DNA of 64,000 nucleotides from an uncultured delta proteobacterium (GCA_963771175.1 CAVYSY010000021.1:160001-224000); one strand, 5' to 3'. Shown: positions 39,299-50,666, counted from the first letter of the stretch. The notes: generated by a model from the sequence alone, not told the origin. Program-made: numbers and translations.

Positions 39299-40650
39299 GG
39301 CTTTACCTCGTCGACGAAGAGGGTGAGTCCCTCCACGCGGCGCACCACCACGCGGACGCCGGAGGGAAGGGGAGTGGAGGAGACGGCGGCCCAGCGCTCG
39401 CCGTGGACGAACACCTCGCCACCGGAGGGCGAGACGGCCTCGAGCACGTGGCCCACCTCGCCCACGAGCCCCGCGTCTCCAGCGAGCTGGGGAATGCGGC
39501 GCGTCTGGGCGGCACGGAAGGCGAGGAAGACGGCGGCCCCGGCGACGAAGAGGGCGGTGGGGAGCACCGTGCCCAGGGGCACGCGCAAGGGCCTGTCGAC
39601 GAACCAGTCCGCATCGAAGCGGTCCACGAGGAACACGCCGCCGAGCACCAGCAGCACCGTGCCCGCGGCGCCGAGCATGCCGCTGGTGACGAAGAGCTCG
39701 GCCACGAGCAGCGCCACGCCGAGCAGCAGCAGGACGATGGCGCCGGTGCGCACGGGCAGCGCCGAGGAGGCGAGCAGGGCGAGCACCAGGCACACCACGC
39801 CGATGATGCCGGGGGCGGACAGACCGGGGTGGCTGAGCTCCACCGCGATGCCGAGGCCCGCGAGGAGGAAGAGGATGTAGACGACGGCTGGCTGGGCGAG
39901 GGCGTGAAGCAACCGCTGGGGAAGGGTGGGCGACAGCTCGACGACCTGGGCGTTGGCGGTGCGCAGCGTGACGGGCGTGTCCGAGACGGTGACGGTGCGG
40001 CCGTTGGCCCATTCGAGGAAGGCTTCCTGGGTGGGCGCGACGTGCTCGATGACGTTCAGCGCGAGGGCCTTCTCGGCGGGGACGCTCTCGCTCTTGCGGA
40101 CGGCGTTGATGGCCCACTCGACGTTGCGGCCGCGCTGCTTGGCGATGGCCTCGACGAAGGCGACGGCGTCGTTCTCGATTTTGCGGGCCATCTCCTTGCC
40201 GCCGGTCTCTTCCGGGTCCTGCCCGGTGAGCCCGACGACGGGGTGGGCGGCGCCGATGTTGGTACCGGGGGCCATGGCGGCGAGATGGGAGGCGAGGGTG
40301 ATGAAGACCCCGGCACTGCCGGCCCGGGCGCCGGAAGGACCCACCCACACCAGCACGGGGATGCGGGCGCCGAGGAAGGCGCGGACGATGTTCCGCGTGG
40401 ACTCGAGCTCTCCGCCGGGAGTGTCGAGCCGGAGGAGGAGCGCCTGATGACCAGCCTCCTGTGCGCGCCGGACGCAGTCGACGAGGTAGGCACTGGAGCC
40501 AGCGTCGACCATGCCGTCGAGGACGCAGCGGGAGATGACGGGAGGAGACGGAGCATCCACACCTCCGGCAGCCTGGCCGAGGAGCAGCATGCCCAGCGCC
40601 AGCGCCACGGTGGCCAACCGTCCGAATCCCCCACGCATCACGAACCCCAT
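39295..40650 (-). CDS. nfeD: NfeD-family membrane-bound serine protease
   Basis: [27 protein letters not shown] block, C-terminal OB fold ([10 protein letters not shown]); paired with slipin. Confidence 0.9.
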   Translation of the reverse strand: MGFVMRGGFGRLATVALALGMLLLGQAAGGVDAPSPPVISRCVLDGMVDAGSSAYLVDCVRRAQEAGHQALLLRLDTPGGELESTRNIVRAFLGARIPVLVWVGPSGARAGSAGVFITLASHLAAMAPGTNIGAAHPVVGLTGQDPEETGGKEMARKIENDAVAFVEAIAKQRGRNVEWAINAVRKSESVPAEKALALNVIEHVAPTQEAFLEWANGRTVTVSDTPVTLRTANAQVVELSPTLPQRLLHALAQPAVVYILFLLAGLGIAVELSHPGLSAPGIIGVVCLVLALLASSALPVRTGAIVLLLLGVALLVAELFVTSGMLGAAGTVLLVLGGVFLVDRFDADWFVDRPLRVPLGTVLPTALFVAGAAVFLAFRAAQTRRIPQLAGDAGLVGEVGHVLEAVSPSGGEVFVHGERWAAVSSTPLPSGVRVVVRRVEGLTLFVDEVKP

Positions 40651-40716
40651 CTCTGTGAACCGCTCGAACCAGTAGGCACCGGAACCCACCGTGTCGCCGG
40701 CCTGGAGGGCATCCGT

Positions 40717-42015
40717 TCAGTGCCTCACGTCCCACGCGAGCGGGATCTCCCCATCCAACAATGGGGGGGCCACCGGCTTCTCCTCGCTGAGTGCCTCCAG
40801 CAGGCGCAGCTCGTCGAGGAGGAGCCGGGGCATGAGGAAGTGGTGGCGGACGCGCTCCCGGCCGCTCTCGCCGAGTCCATGGGCCACGTCGGGATGGCGC
40901 AGGAGGTGGAGCAGTGCGTCCGCGCACTCCTCGACGCTGTCCACGAGGATGCCGCCGGTGCCTGGGGGTATCTGCATGGGGATTCCCCCGACGCGCCCGG
41001 CGACGACGGGAGTGCCCTTCCAGAGGGCCTCGGAGACGACGAGCCCGAAGCCCTCGCGCAGGGACTTCTGGATGACGACGTCGGAGAGGGACTGGAAGGC
41101 GTTGACCTCGACGTTTCCCACGCCGACGAGGTTGGTGAAGACGTGGATGAGCCGGTCGTCGGCGGTCGCGGCGCGGACCTTCTCGTAGATGTCCCAGGCC
41201 TCGGGGTCGTCAAGGGCCATGGCGCTGACGAGGGCGAGCTGGACGTTGGGCAGGTGCTGGCGCACGAGCCGGTAGGCGGCGACGACGCCGAGCGGGTCCT
41301 TCCACTTGTCGAAGCGACTGACCTGGGTGATGAGGGGGCGGTTGAGCCGGACGCCAATCCACTCGAGGATGTGGCGGGCGAGCTCCTGGGGGAGGACGAG
41401 GTTCTTGGGGCTGAGCGGGTCGATGGCGGGCGGGTGGATGGCGACGCGGCGGATGGGGAAGCGCGGGGGGATGAAGTTCTCCAGGGTGAAGACGGCGGCG
41501 TCGTAGGCGCCGAGGTACGGCGTGAGGAAGTCCCAGATGGCGGGGTTGGGGTGGGACGTGTCGATGTGGCAGCGCCAGATCCACTTGGAGCCGCGCTGGT
41601 GGACGAGCCCGGGGATGGCGGCGGGTTGGGGATCGTGAACGATGATGAAGTCGTAGTCCTCGGCGAGGTGGGGGGCGTTGAGCTGGGCGTTGCCGAGGTA
41701 GAGGGCCTTCTCGGACTCGGAGAGCTCGCCGGGGGCACCCTGCAGCCCGTTGTGGAGGCGCTTGGTGATTTGAAAGAAGGCGTCGTCGCCGCGGATGATC
41801 TTCCACTCGGCCTCCAGCCCGAGGTCCTTGAGGAGCGGGACGCAGGAGCGGAGGATCTCCGAGACGCCACCGCCATAGGAGGTGGCGTTGAGGTGGAGGA
41901 TGCGGGCGCCGCGCAGGCGCTGGGCGACGCGGACAAGCTCGTCGAGCTGCTCTTCGGGAGCGACGCCCCGGTAGGCATCGAGGGATCGGTCACCGATGTC
42001 GACGACGTCGAGCAT
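40717..42015 (-). CDS. GT4 glycosyltransferase, TreT-like trehalose synthase
   Basis: [63 protein letters not shown]. Confidence 0.85.
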   Translation of the reverse strand: MLDVVDIGDRSLDAYRGVAPEEQLDELVRVAQRLRGARILHLNATSYGGGVSEILRSCVPLLKDLGLEAEWKIIRGDDAFFQITKRLHNGLQGAPGELSESEKALYLGNAQLNAPHLAEDYDFIIVHDPQPAAIPGLVHQRGSKWIWRCHIDTSHPNPAIWDFLTPYLGAYDAAVFTLENFIPPRFPIRRVAIHPPAIDPLSPKNLVLPQELARHILEWIGVRLNRPLITQVSRFDKWKDPLGVVAAYRLVRQHLPNVQLALVSAMALDDPEAWDIYEKVRAATADDRLIHVFTNLVGVGNVEVNAFQSLSDVVIQKSLREGFGLVVSEALWKGTPVVAGRVGGIPMQIPPGTGGILVDSVEECADALLHLLRHPDVAHGLGESGRERVRHHFLMPRLLLDELRLLEALSEEKPVAPPLLDGEIPLAWDVRH

Positions 42016-42232
42016 GAGGGCTCCTTTCCGAGAGGATGCGACTCCAAGGGCAAGGTGACGACGGTGGGGCAGGAGGTGGGGGGAGTCGCTCGGTGGGAGG
42101 GATGGAGGGCATTGGAGAGAGCGCCTCGCCGGGGGGCGTGCATCCGGTGGCGGACGGAGCGGAGCGGGTGCGCGTTGCGGTGGCGGGAGGGGCTCCCTAC
42201 GGTGGGGGGCTCTTTGGACGGAGGAGGTTCCC

Positions 42233-42433
42233 ATGCGCCGTGCCCTGCTCATCGTGGCGGGAGTGCTCGTTGGCTTCCTGGCCTGCCGGACGACCCAGCC
42301 ACCCGGGACGGAGAACCGGGAGCCCCTCGAGGACCCAGGGCAGCGGGAGGAGATTCAGAACGTGCCAGCGGAGCCACCGGGGCCCGCGGGTCCGCTGACG
42401 GAGCCGGACGCCGGAACGCCGCCGAGCGAGTAA
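42233..42433 (+). CDS. Small lipoprotein
   Basis: GGAGGAGG RBS; signal peptide with FLAC lipobox. Confidence 0.6.
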   Translation: MRRALLIVAGVLVGFLACRTTQPPGTENREPLEDPGQREEIQNVPAEPPGPAGPLTEPDAGTPPSE

Positions 42434-42504
42434 TCGCCCCTCCCTTCCCTCCAACACAGTCCCCGTGACAGCCGAGAGCGGCTGGCGCACAGTGGCGCCC
42501 GTCG

Positions 42505-44223
42505 ATGCGGGGACGTTCATCCCAACACCTTCACGGAACACGGGCCCGCGGTGCGGCACGGGCGCTCCTTCTGGGGACGCTTTTGCTGGCGCTGGGGATG
42601 GGGTGTGCCCGGAGGGCGCCCGAGGGAGCGAGAGTGGAGACGACAGTCTACGTGGCACGGCGGATCCGGACGCTGGACGCGGGGAGGCCGGAGGCCGAGG
42701 CGCTGGCGGTGCGCCAGGGCCGGGTGCTGGCGGTGGGGACGAAGGCCGAGGTGCTCGCGGCCGCGGGCGAGGGCGCGCGGGTGGTGGACTTCGGCAACGC
42801 GGTGGTGGTGCCCGGACTGGTGGACGCGCACGCGCACCTCGCGGGACTCGGTCGGAGCCTGACGGTGGCGAGGCTGGAGGGGGCGGGCTCGGTGGACGAG
42901 GTGCTGCGGCGCCTGGCGGATGCTCCGTCGACGAGCTTCCAGGGGGACTGGCTGATCGGAAAGGGGTGGGACCAGAACGGGTGGCCGGGGAAGAGCTTCC
43001 CCGGGCGGGCCGAGCTGGACGCGCGCTTCCCGAGGACGCCGGTGTACCTGACGCGGGTGGACCACCATGCGGCGTGGGTGAATGGCGAGGCGCTGCGGCG
43101 CGCGGGCATCACTCGTGAAACGCCGGACCCGGCGGGAGGCCGCATCCTGAAGGACGCGAAGGGCGAGCCGACGGGCGTGCTGGTGGACAACGCGATGGAC
43201 CTGGTGGCGCGGGTGGTGTCGCCGCCGACGGACGAGCAGTTGGCGGCGCGGCTCTCGGCGGCGCTGGAGCGGTGCGCGCGGGTGGGGCTGACGGGGGTGC
43301 ACGACGCGGGGATGGACCTGCGGACGTTCCGGCTGCTGCAGGCGTGGGACATGGCGGGGCGGCTGCCGGTGCGGGTGTACGCGATGGCGGACGGGCAGGG
43401 GGAGGAGCGGCACACGTACCTGGAGCTGGGGACGTACGGCGGGCGGATGCTGGAGATGAAGGCGGTGAAGTTCCTGCTGGACGGGGCGCTGGGCTCGCGA
43501 GGGGCGGCGCTGCACGAGTCCTACAGCGACGCGCCGGGGGAGACGGGGCTGCTGCTGATGGAGCCGGAGGAGCTGGAGGCGAGGGCGCTGGCCTTCATGC
43601 AGAGGGGCTTCCAGGTGTGCATCCACGCGATTGGAGACCGGGCGAACACGGGGGTGGTGGACACGCTGATTCGAGCGTCGGCGGCGACGGGGACGAAGGC
43701 GCTGCGGCACCGGGTGGAGCACGCCCAGATTTTGCGGCCCGAGGACATCCAGAAGCTGGGGGAGGCGGGGCTGGTGGCGAGCGTGCAGCCGACGCACGCG
43801 ACGAGCGACATGGGGTGGGCGGAGGCGCGACTGGGGGCGGAGCGGCTGAAGGGCGCGTACGCGTGGAGGAGCCTGAAGGAGGCGGGGGCGGTGCTGGCGC
43901 TGGGGAGCGACTTCCCCATCGAGAACCCGGACGTGCTGGCGGGGCTGTACGCGGCGAGGACGCGTCAGGACGCGGCGGGGAAGCCGGAGGGCGGCTGGCA
44001 GCCCCAGGAGCGACTGACGGGGCAGGAGGCGCTGGAGGGCTTCACGGTGGGGCCGGCGTGGGCGTCGTTCGCGGAGGCGCGGCGGGGGCGGCTGGTGGAG
44101 GGGATGGACGCGGACTTCACGGTGCTGTCGGTGGACCCGGTGTCGGACGAGGCGAGGGCCCTGGTGGACGCGACGGTGGTGGCCACGGTGGTGGCGGGCC
44201 GGGAAGTCCACCGGGCCCACTGA
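42505..44223 (+). CDS. YtcJ-like amidohydrolase (amidohydrolase_3); start uncertain
   Basis: PGLVDAHAH, DGALGSRGA, HAIGDRA, HRVEHAQ, GSDFP. Confidence 0.9.
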   Translation: MRGRSSQHLHGTRARGAARALLLGTLLLALGMGCARRAPEGARVETTVYVARRIRTLDAGRPEAEALAVRQGRVLAVGTKAEVLAAAGEGARVVDFGNAVVVPGLVDAHAHLAGLGRSLTVARLEGAGSVDEVLRRLADAPSTSFQGDWLIGKGWDQNGWPGKSFPGRAELDARFPRTPVYLTRVDHHAAWVNGEALRRAGITRETPDPAGGRILKDAKGEPTGVLVDNAMDLVARVVSPPTDEQLAARLSAALERCARVGLTGVHDAGMDLRTFRLLQAWDMAGRLPVRVYAMADGQGEERHTYLELGTYGGRMLEMKAVKFLLDGALGSRGAALHESYSDAPGETGLLLMEPEELEARALAFMQRGFQVCIHAIGDRANTGVVDTLIRASAATGTKALRHRVEHAQILRPEDIQKLGEAGLVASVQPTHATSDMGWAEARLGAERLKGAYAWRSLKEAGAVLALGSDFPIENPDVLAGLYAARTRQDAAGKPEGGWQPQERLTGQEALEGFTVGPAWASFAEARRGRLVEGMDADFTVLSVDPVSDEARALVDATVVATVVAGREVHRAH

Positions 44224-44244
44224 ACCGCCTCTGCTGCGGGTCTG

Positions 44245-45144
44245 CTACCCGAACAGCCGGGAGCGAGCGGTCTCGGCGATGGCCACGACCGCGGGATGCC
44301 GGAGCCGTCGCTCGACGGAGATGGCGTAGAAGCACGTCTCGATGTCGTCGGTGCGCCCGATGACGGAGACGGCGAACTGACGGCAGACCTCGGCCTCGAT
44401 GACGGAGGGGGCGGGGAAGACGCCGTGACCCCGGTGGCCGAAGGCCTTCAGCAGTGCGCTGTCATCGAAGTCGCCGACGATGAGCGGGTGGACGCGCTGG
44501 GCGTCGAACCAGATCTCCAGCGAGCGGCGCATGGAGGAGGCCTCGGAGGGGAGGAGGACGGGGGCGCCATCGAGCGAACGGGGGAAACCCCGGCTGAGGT
44601 GAGCCAGCTTGGGAGCGGCGAAGAAGGAGACGCCGCACTTGCCGAGCAGGTGATTGAAGGCGCGGATGCTGACGGGCTCGGAGGAGGGGGCGTCGGCGAG
44701 GACGACGTCGAGCTCGTGGAGGGCGAGGGAGGCGAGGAGCTGGGGGAGGGGGCCTTCGCGGCAGGTGATGCGGATGTCGGGGGAGGTGTCGAAGGCGGGC
44801 TGGAGGAGGCGCTCGGCGACGAGCTTGGGGATGACGTCGGTGACGCCGACGGCGAGGCGGAGCTGCTGGCCGGAGGAGGGGAGGCCGCTGACGACGTTCT
44901 TCAGCTCGTTGCCGAGGCGGAAGATGTCCTCGGCGTAGCGGAGGACGGTGCGGCCGACGTCGGTGAGGACGAGGCGGCGGCCCTGTCGCTCGAAGAGCTT
45001 GTGGCCGAGCGACTCCTCGAGGAGCTTGAGCTGGGCGCTGATGGTGGGCTGGGCGAGGTGGAGTTCCTGGCTGGCCTTGGCGATGGAGCCGGCGCGGGCG
45101 ACGGTCCAGAAGTAGAGGAGGTGGTGGTAGTTGAGCCAGCTCAC
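44245..45144 (-). CDS. nhaR: LysR-family regulator, NhaR-like
   Basis: WLNYHHLLYFWTVARAGSI, FDDSALLKAFG, YAISVERRLRHPAV. Confidence 0.88.
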   Translation of the reverse strand: MSWLNYHHLLYFWTVARAGSIAKASQELHLAQPTISAQLKLLEESLGHKLFERQGRRLVLTDVGRTVLRYAEDIFRLGNELKNVVSGLPSSGQQLRLAVGVTDVIPKLVAERLLQPAFDTSPDIRITCREGPLPQLLASLALHELDVVLADAPSSEPVSIRAFNHLLGKCGVSFFAAPKLAHLSRGFPRSLDGAPVLLPSEASSMRRSLEIWFDAQRVHPLIVGDFDDSALLKAFGHRGHGVFPAPSVIEAEVCRQFAVSVIGRTDDIETCFYAISVERRLRHPAVVAIAETARSRLFG

Positions 45145-45280
45145 GCGAGGGACTCCGGGAAGGCGACCAGGGATGTAACGGAAACGTACGGGTGGTGCGT
45201 GCCGGAAGGGCAGGAGGGCAGCCGGGCGTGCGGGTGGAGAGGAGGAAGGGGAGGAAGTGGAGTGGAGTTGAAGAAGCAAC

Positions 45281-45309
45281 TTGACGCGAGGGCCGAGTCC
45301 CCGTAAATC
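45281..45309 (+). promoter_or_regulatory. Probable tRNA promoter
   Basis: TTGACG-N17-TAAATC about 35 nt upstream of the tRNA. Confidence 0.5.
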
Positions 45310-45343
45310 GCCGTTACTTCGAGCGGTTGAGCAACGCAGAAAC

Positions 45344-45416
45344 GCCCAGGTAGCTCAGTCGGTAGAGCAGGGGACTGAAAATCCCCGTGTCGGTGGTTCG
45401 ATTCCGCCCCTGGGCA
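45344..45416 (+). tRNA. tRNA-Phe (GAA), CCA not encoded
   Basis: Cloverleaf GCCCAGG/CCTGGGC acceptor stem, D-arm TAGCTCAGTCGGTAGAGC, anticodon loop CTGAAAA, T-loop GTTCGATTC. Confidence 0.97.
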
Positions 45417-45442
45417 CTTCCCAAAGAGTTCGCAGCAAGCCG

Positions 45443-45478
45443 AGGCCGATACGCATCCCGTATCGGCCTTTTGCTTTT
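45443..45478 (+). terminator. Intrinsic terminator after tRNA-Phe
   Basis: 11-bp stem AGGCCGATACG/CGTATCGGCCT followed by TTTGCTTTT. Confidence 0.8.
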
Positions 45479-45495
45479 GGCTGCTGGCCTTGACC

Positions 45496-48400
45496 TCAGC
45501 GCTCCATCGCACGCAGGAGGCACAGGGCCCAATTGGTATCAATCCACCGGGTCGAGCCCTTCGGCGTTCCTTCCAGGTAGCGGAGTCGGTTCACCCGCGC
45601 CTCATCCAAGATGCTCCCCGTGCTGCGCGCGTCGTCGCGAGCGAGGAGCGCCCAAGCGACGTCGGTCAGGGAGACCGTTCGTTCCTCGAAGCCACCTTCG
45701 CCGCCATCAATGCGCACGCCTCCTTCGGAAGCGATGCCTACGATGCGACAGCGCTTGCCGTCCTCCTCGATGGTGCGGCCAATGGGATGGGTGCTCAGCA
45801 GGTTCTTGACCTGCTCCGAGGCTCGTTCGAGCGCTCCCTCGGGAAGTCTGCGGGAGCTTCGACGTCCGTGCCCGAGTGCTCGCCAGGTGGCGTAATCCAC
45901 CGGCTCTGAGAGTGCCCAGCGGTCCTCTTCCTCCAGCCAGCGCGCCACGCCGTCATACCTCCAGGGCTCCTCTGGCGAGAGCCGGGTCAGCACGAAGGCC
46001 GTTTCCGCCGGGCGGCGATCCTCGATGCGCAGCTTCAGGCAATCGGGCTCGGTGAGGAGTCCCTTCTCGGTCACGCAGAGGAAGAGGTGGCCCGTGTGGC
46101 GCCCGGTCCTTGGCGGTGCGGTGAGTCCAAAGGCCTTGATGACGTCCTCCTCCGTCATTCGCTCGCCCACGGCGGGTCCTAGTCGTTCAGGCTGAATCAC
46201 CTCCACGAGCTGTGCGATGGGGACCACGTCCTCAGTCGTCTCGAAGGACGGCCGCGACGGATTGTCGGAGCGCAGAATCCATCGGCCCTTCTCTCGCACG
46301 ACCCGCTTCACCTGGTACCCGTAGCCGGCCGAGTCCGGCACCTGCACGAGCGCCACCTTTCCCTCGACCACTCCGATGCCGGCTGCTCGCGCGTAACGCA
46401 TCACGAGCCAATCCCCATCCCGAATCGGACGCTCGCCTCCATCCATGGAGTCGCCGGACGCACGTACCGCGAACAGTCCCGCGTCACTTGCCTGGACTGG
46501 CAGGCTCACCCGCTCCGCTTCGGGCGCGCCCTCTAGCGCGATCGTGTGGGTTGCCGCACCCGCCGCGGCACGCAGGCTCGGGAAGGCCACGAGGGTTCCC
46601 CGGCGGGGCAGGGGAATGACTTCCGCATCCACGGGAGCTACCCACCACCCATCCGGGCCTGGTGTGAAGCGCACCCGGAAGGCCGTGCCCGGTTTGCCAG
46701 CTCCAGGACCGAACCAACGCCGCATCAGATCTGGCAGGGCATTGCGGTCCGTTCCCACCGGCCGGGCCACGTTGCAGAACTCCTTCATCAACCGGAAGCG
46801 CCAGGCGACTGCCATCCGGGAGTCGCACATCCAGCTCACCCCGAGGCAGGTCTGGCCTCTTGAGCCGATCTGGCAACTTGAGGATGGGGTCGCGCTTGTT
46901 CGAGAGGACCTTGGTTTCGAAGGCCGCACCTGGAGCTTCCGTGCGTTGCCCGAGCGCGGTATTGCGCGAGGCGGTAGTCCACCAGCTCCCGGGTGAGCTC
47001 CAGGAATGCCTCTTGCGCGTCCTCCGGAATCGGCAGGCGCGGAGATGAAGCGGTCTCCGTCCACGCGGAACCACGGGCTTCCCGTCCACGCCTGGATCGG
47101 GTTTTCCTTCCAGTAGGCGAGAAAGCGTTTCGGCTTCGGGTTGCGTCGTAGTCTCCCAGTGCCTTGACTCCCTCCAGGTCCCTCAGCAGCTCCGGAGAAC
47201 GGCGCAGGAGGGCGAGGCTGCGCTCGGCCAGCTCCGGGAGTGACAGTCCTTCTTCCCAGCCCCGGCTTCGAGCAGCGCCTCCAGAAGGACCATCTTGAAG
47301 CTCTTGCTCATCTGCGTGGTCTCGAGCTCCTCGAACCATGCGGCTCCCGCCTCCTGCGCATGGGTCTCCTTCGCTGTCAGGTCTCCTTCGCGCTGCACGA
47401 ACCGCAGCCAGCCTCCGTGTGCCTCGCGCAGTGTCGCCGGGCGGTAACCCAGCCGGTACATCTCGCCCGCAGTGGGTCGCCGTCCCCAGGCCTCCCGCAG
47501 CTCGCGGTACACCCGCTCCACCTCGCTGCGCTCCGCTCGGCAGCAGCTTCGCCAGCAGGTTCTTCGCCTCCAGCTCCACCTGCATCGAGCAGCCCGGTGG
47601 CAGCTCGGGCTCCATGCCCTCCACGAGGAAGTCTCGCAGCGACAGTTGCTCGCTCCTGTCCGTCAGTGCCAGCAGCGCGCGCACGCGGTCCAGGAACACC
47701 CGGTGGTTGCCCACGAAGTCGATGACCGTGACAGCCGCCTTCGTCTCGGCTTTGCGCAGCCCGCGCCCGAGCTGCTGCAGGAACACCACCGGCGACTCCG
47801 TGGGACGCAGCATCACCACCCGGTCCACGCTCGGGACGTCCACGCCCTCGTTGAAGAGGTCCACCGCGCAGACCGCGTCCAGCTCGCCGCTCGCCAGCTT
47901 CCTCAGTGCCTCGGCCCGGTCATCCGTTCCGGGGGCCGAGTGAACCGCGACCACCCGGACACCCTGGGCCTTCAGCCAGCCCTCTCACGTACTCCGCGTG
48001 CGCCACCGAGCAGCAGAAGACCAGCGTGCGCGTCGCGCGATGCGCCTCCCACGCCGTCCACATCCGCTGCATGCGCGCTTCCGTCTGCACCGCCTCCGCG
48101 AGCCTCTCCGGGTCGAAGCGCCGGTTGCGCCAGGGGATGTTCTCGTACGCCACGTCGTCCTTCAGCCCGTGGTACGCGAACGGCACCAGCAGCCCGCGCG
48201 CGATGCCCTCGCCCACGTCCGCCCGGTAGGCGAGGTGGTCGTCGAACAGGCCCAGCACGTCGCCCTCGTCCGCGCGCTCCGGCGTCGCCGTCAGCCCGAG
48301 CAGGAACGCGGGTTTCAGGCGCCCCAGGATGGCCCGGTAGCTCGCCGCCGCGGCGTGATGCACCTCGTCCACCACCACGTAGTCGAAGGGCGCCACCTCC

Positions 48401-49752
48401 CGGAGGCTGGCGAGCGCTCTCGGGTCGCGACAGCTTCTGCACCGAGGCGAAGACCACGTCTCCGGCGAGGCTCGACCGCTCCGCGACGAACCAGCCGAAG
48501 CGCGATTCGGGGAACTGCCGCCGGAACGTCTCCGCCGCCTGGGTCAGCAGCTCCGCCCGGTGTGCGAGGAACAGCACCCGCGCTCGTCGGCCCAGCGTCT
48601 GCTCGAAGGCCTCCACGTCGAGTGCCGCCAGCAGCGTCTTTCCCAGACCCGTCGCCAGCACCACCAGGGCTCGCTGGCGCCCCTCGTCCCGGCTGCGTGC
48701 CAGTGCCGCGAGCGCCTCCCGCTGAACCTCGTGCGGCTGGCGCGGCGGCTCGCACGGGCTCCGCTTCCGCCTCCCCGGACGGCAGGGGACGGGCCACCTG
48801 TCGCGCTCGGGCTTCGTATCGCTCGACCCAGGCCGCGTCGAAGCGTCAGGGCCCTCGTCCACCAGCCCTCGAAGGCGTCCACCACGTCCTGGTACGCCGC
48901 GTGGGTCGCTGTCTCGCTCGACGCGCAGGTTCCACTCCACGCCCGTCCGCAGCGCCGCGTGCGACACGTTGCTCGAACCGACGAAGGCCGCCGCCAGCCC
49001 CACTCCCTCGAAGCGCCAGGACTTCGGGTGGAAGGAGCGTCCCAGCCTCTCCGTTTCCACCACGCGCGCCTCGAAGGTTCCCCGAGAGGCTCGGGGTTGC
49101 TCCTCGTCCTCCTCGCGCCGGGCTTCGCTCTCATCCATCCAGTCGAGCAGCCGCCTCAGCGCCGCCGCCTGGGTGATGGCCAGGTAGTCCCCGGTGAGGA
49201 TGCGCACCCGCGCGCCTCGGGCCAGCGCCGCCTCCACCGATTCGCGCAGCACCTCGAGCCCGCTGTCCTGCACGAAGGCCGCCAGCACCGCCACGTCCGG
49301 GGCCCGCGCGAACAGGGGCTCCAGGTGCCGCAGGAATGGGTCCTCCAGGCCTCCCGTGGCCAGCGGTTTCGCCGAGGTCGCGAGGTAGTTGCCCTTCCCT
49401 GGAATCACGTGACGTACGCCGCCCCGCGGGTCCGCCATGTCTCCTCGGAAGCGCGGGAATCACGTGCACGTGCAGGTGGAACACCGTCTGTCCCGCCGCC
49501 TCGCCCACGTTGAAGCCGACGTTGTACCCGTCCGGCCGGTGGCTCTCGTCCAGCCCGCGTTTCACCTGCGTCCACCAGCTCGAAGAGGGCCCGCTGCTCC
49601 TCCGGCGTGGCCTCGAACCATGTGGCCACCGGTCGGCGCGGAATCACCAGGGTGTGCCCCGGGCTCACCGGGTAGCGGTCGCGGATGGCGAAGGCCAGCG
49701 CGTTGGATGCTACCCACTCGGACTCGGGTACCTTCAGGAAGGGGGAACTCAC
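45496..49752 (-). CDS. Multidomain HIT - PLD nuclease - SF2 (DEAD/DEAH) helicase - S24 peptidase protein, putative anti-phage; many apparent frameshifts
   Basis: HIT: DRYPVSPGHTLVIP...GQTVFHLHVHVIP. PLD: FHPKSW...FVGSSN...EWN. Helicase: LATGLGKT, DEVHH, GLTATPER, DLFNEGVDVP, QQLGRGLR. S24: VRASGDSMD...QVKR. Confidence 0.8.
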
Positions 49753-50028
49753 GCGCGCACCGTACCCCACGCGGCTCGTCCTTCAGAGCCACCGCAGCAG
49801 GTCTCTTCATGATGTGGCGGAGGTCTTGCGTGGCTCGCTTTCCCCGCCGGAGCGGCCCGTCTACCCTGCCCGAGCAATTCATCTTGGGAGGTGGGGCCCT
49901 CAAGACCTTCCTCGAGAAGCTGGACGGCGTCGTCTACTGACGAGACCTGCGCGGTCTGTACGACGGCGGACGTCGACTCGCGGAGGTGACTTTCCAAGTC
50001 ACACCCCGGGATGCATCCTCCGGTCGTC

Positions 50029-50503
50029 ATGAGTACCTACCAATATTACGAGTTCCAGGCCGTGGACCGGGCGCTCACTCCCGCCGAGCAGGACGCGCTG
50101 CGCAAGCTGTCCACCCGTGCGGACATCACCTCGTCCCGCTTCGTCAACGTCTACAACTATGGGGACTTCAAGGGCGACCCGGACCGCTTGATGGAGCGGT
50201 ACTTCGATATCTTCGTCTACATGGCCAAAGGACGCGCTCCTCCTGCGCGTCATGCAGGGCCCGGAGCCCCTGCTGGCGGCGGAGCTGCTTCGCCGCTTCC
50301 AGGAGGCCCGACCCCGTGAGCGGGGCGCCCAGGCCGCCGACGCCCGGCGCACGGTGGGGGAGCTCCGGGCCGAGGCCGAGGTGCTCGAGGCCGAGCGCTC
50401 GCGGCGTCAGTCGAAGAAGGAGGCACGGGCGCGGGCCCGCGAGCTCGAGGCGCTCGCGGCGCGTGAAGGAGAGGCCTGGCTCGAGGTCCTCGGGACGGTC
50501 TGA
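50029..50503 (+). pseudogene. Internally truncated conserved hypothetical protein
   Basis: Protein-like N-terminus MSTYQYYEFQAVDRALT...YNYGDFKGDP breaks near 50230 and resumes in another frame (RRTVGELRAEAE...EAWLEV). Confidence 0.55.
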
Positions 50504-50666
50504 CGGAATCCACGCTCAGTGTGAGCGGGTAGACCCTCGTCCCCGTGCCGGCCGGGTTGCTTCGTGACATCGGACGTGGTGGGACGGCCTCCTTCCGGTA
50601 CATTGCACCCGCCAGGGTCCCCACCCCTGGAGCATCGAGGCAGGAAGTACGAGGCAGGGGAGTACC

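Noticed and set aside
38018..42468. Long + strand ORFs of 620 and 1021 aa
   Set aside because: Antisense to slipin, nfeD and the TreT-like gene; only the first ~165 aa (DUF2721-like) look real.
45344..50600. Prophage or ICE at tRNA-Phe
   Set aside because: No integrase, phage genes or attR duplicate seen.
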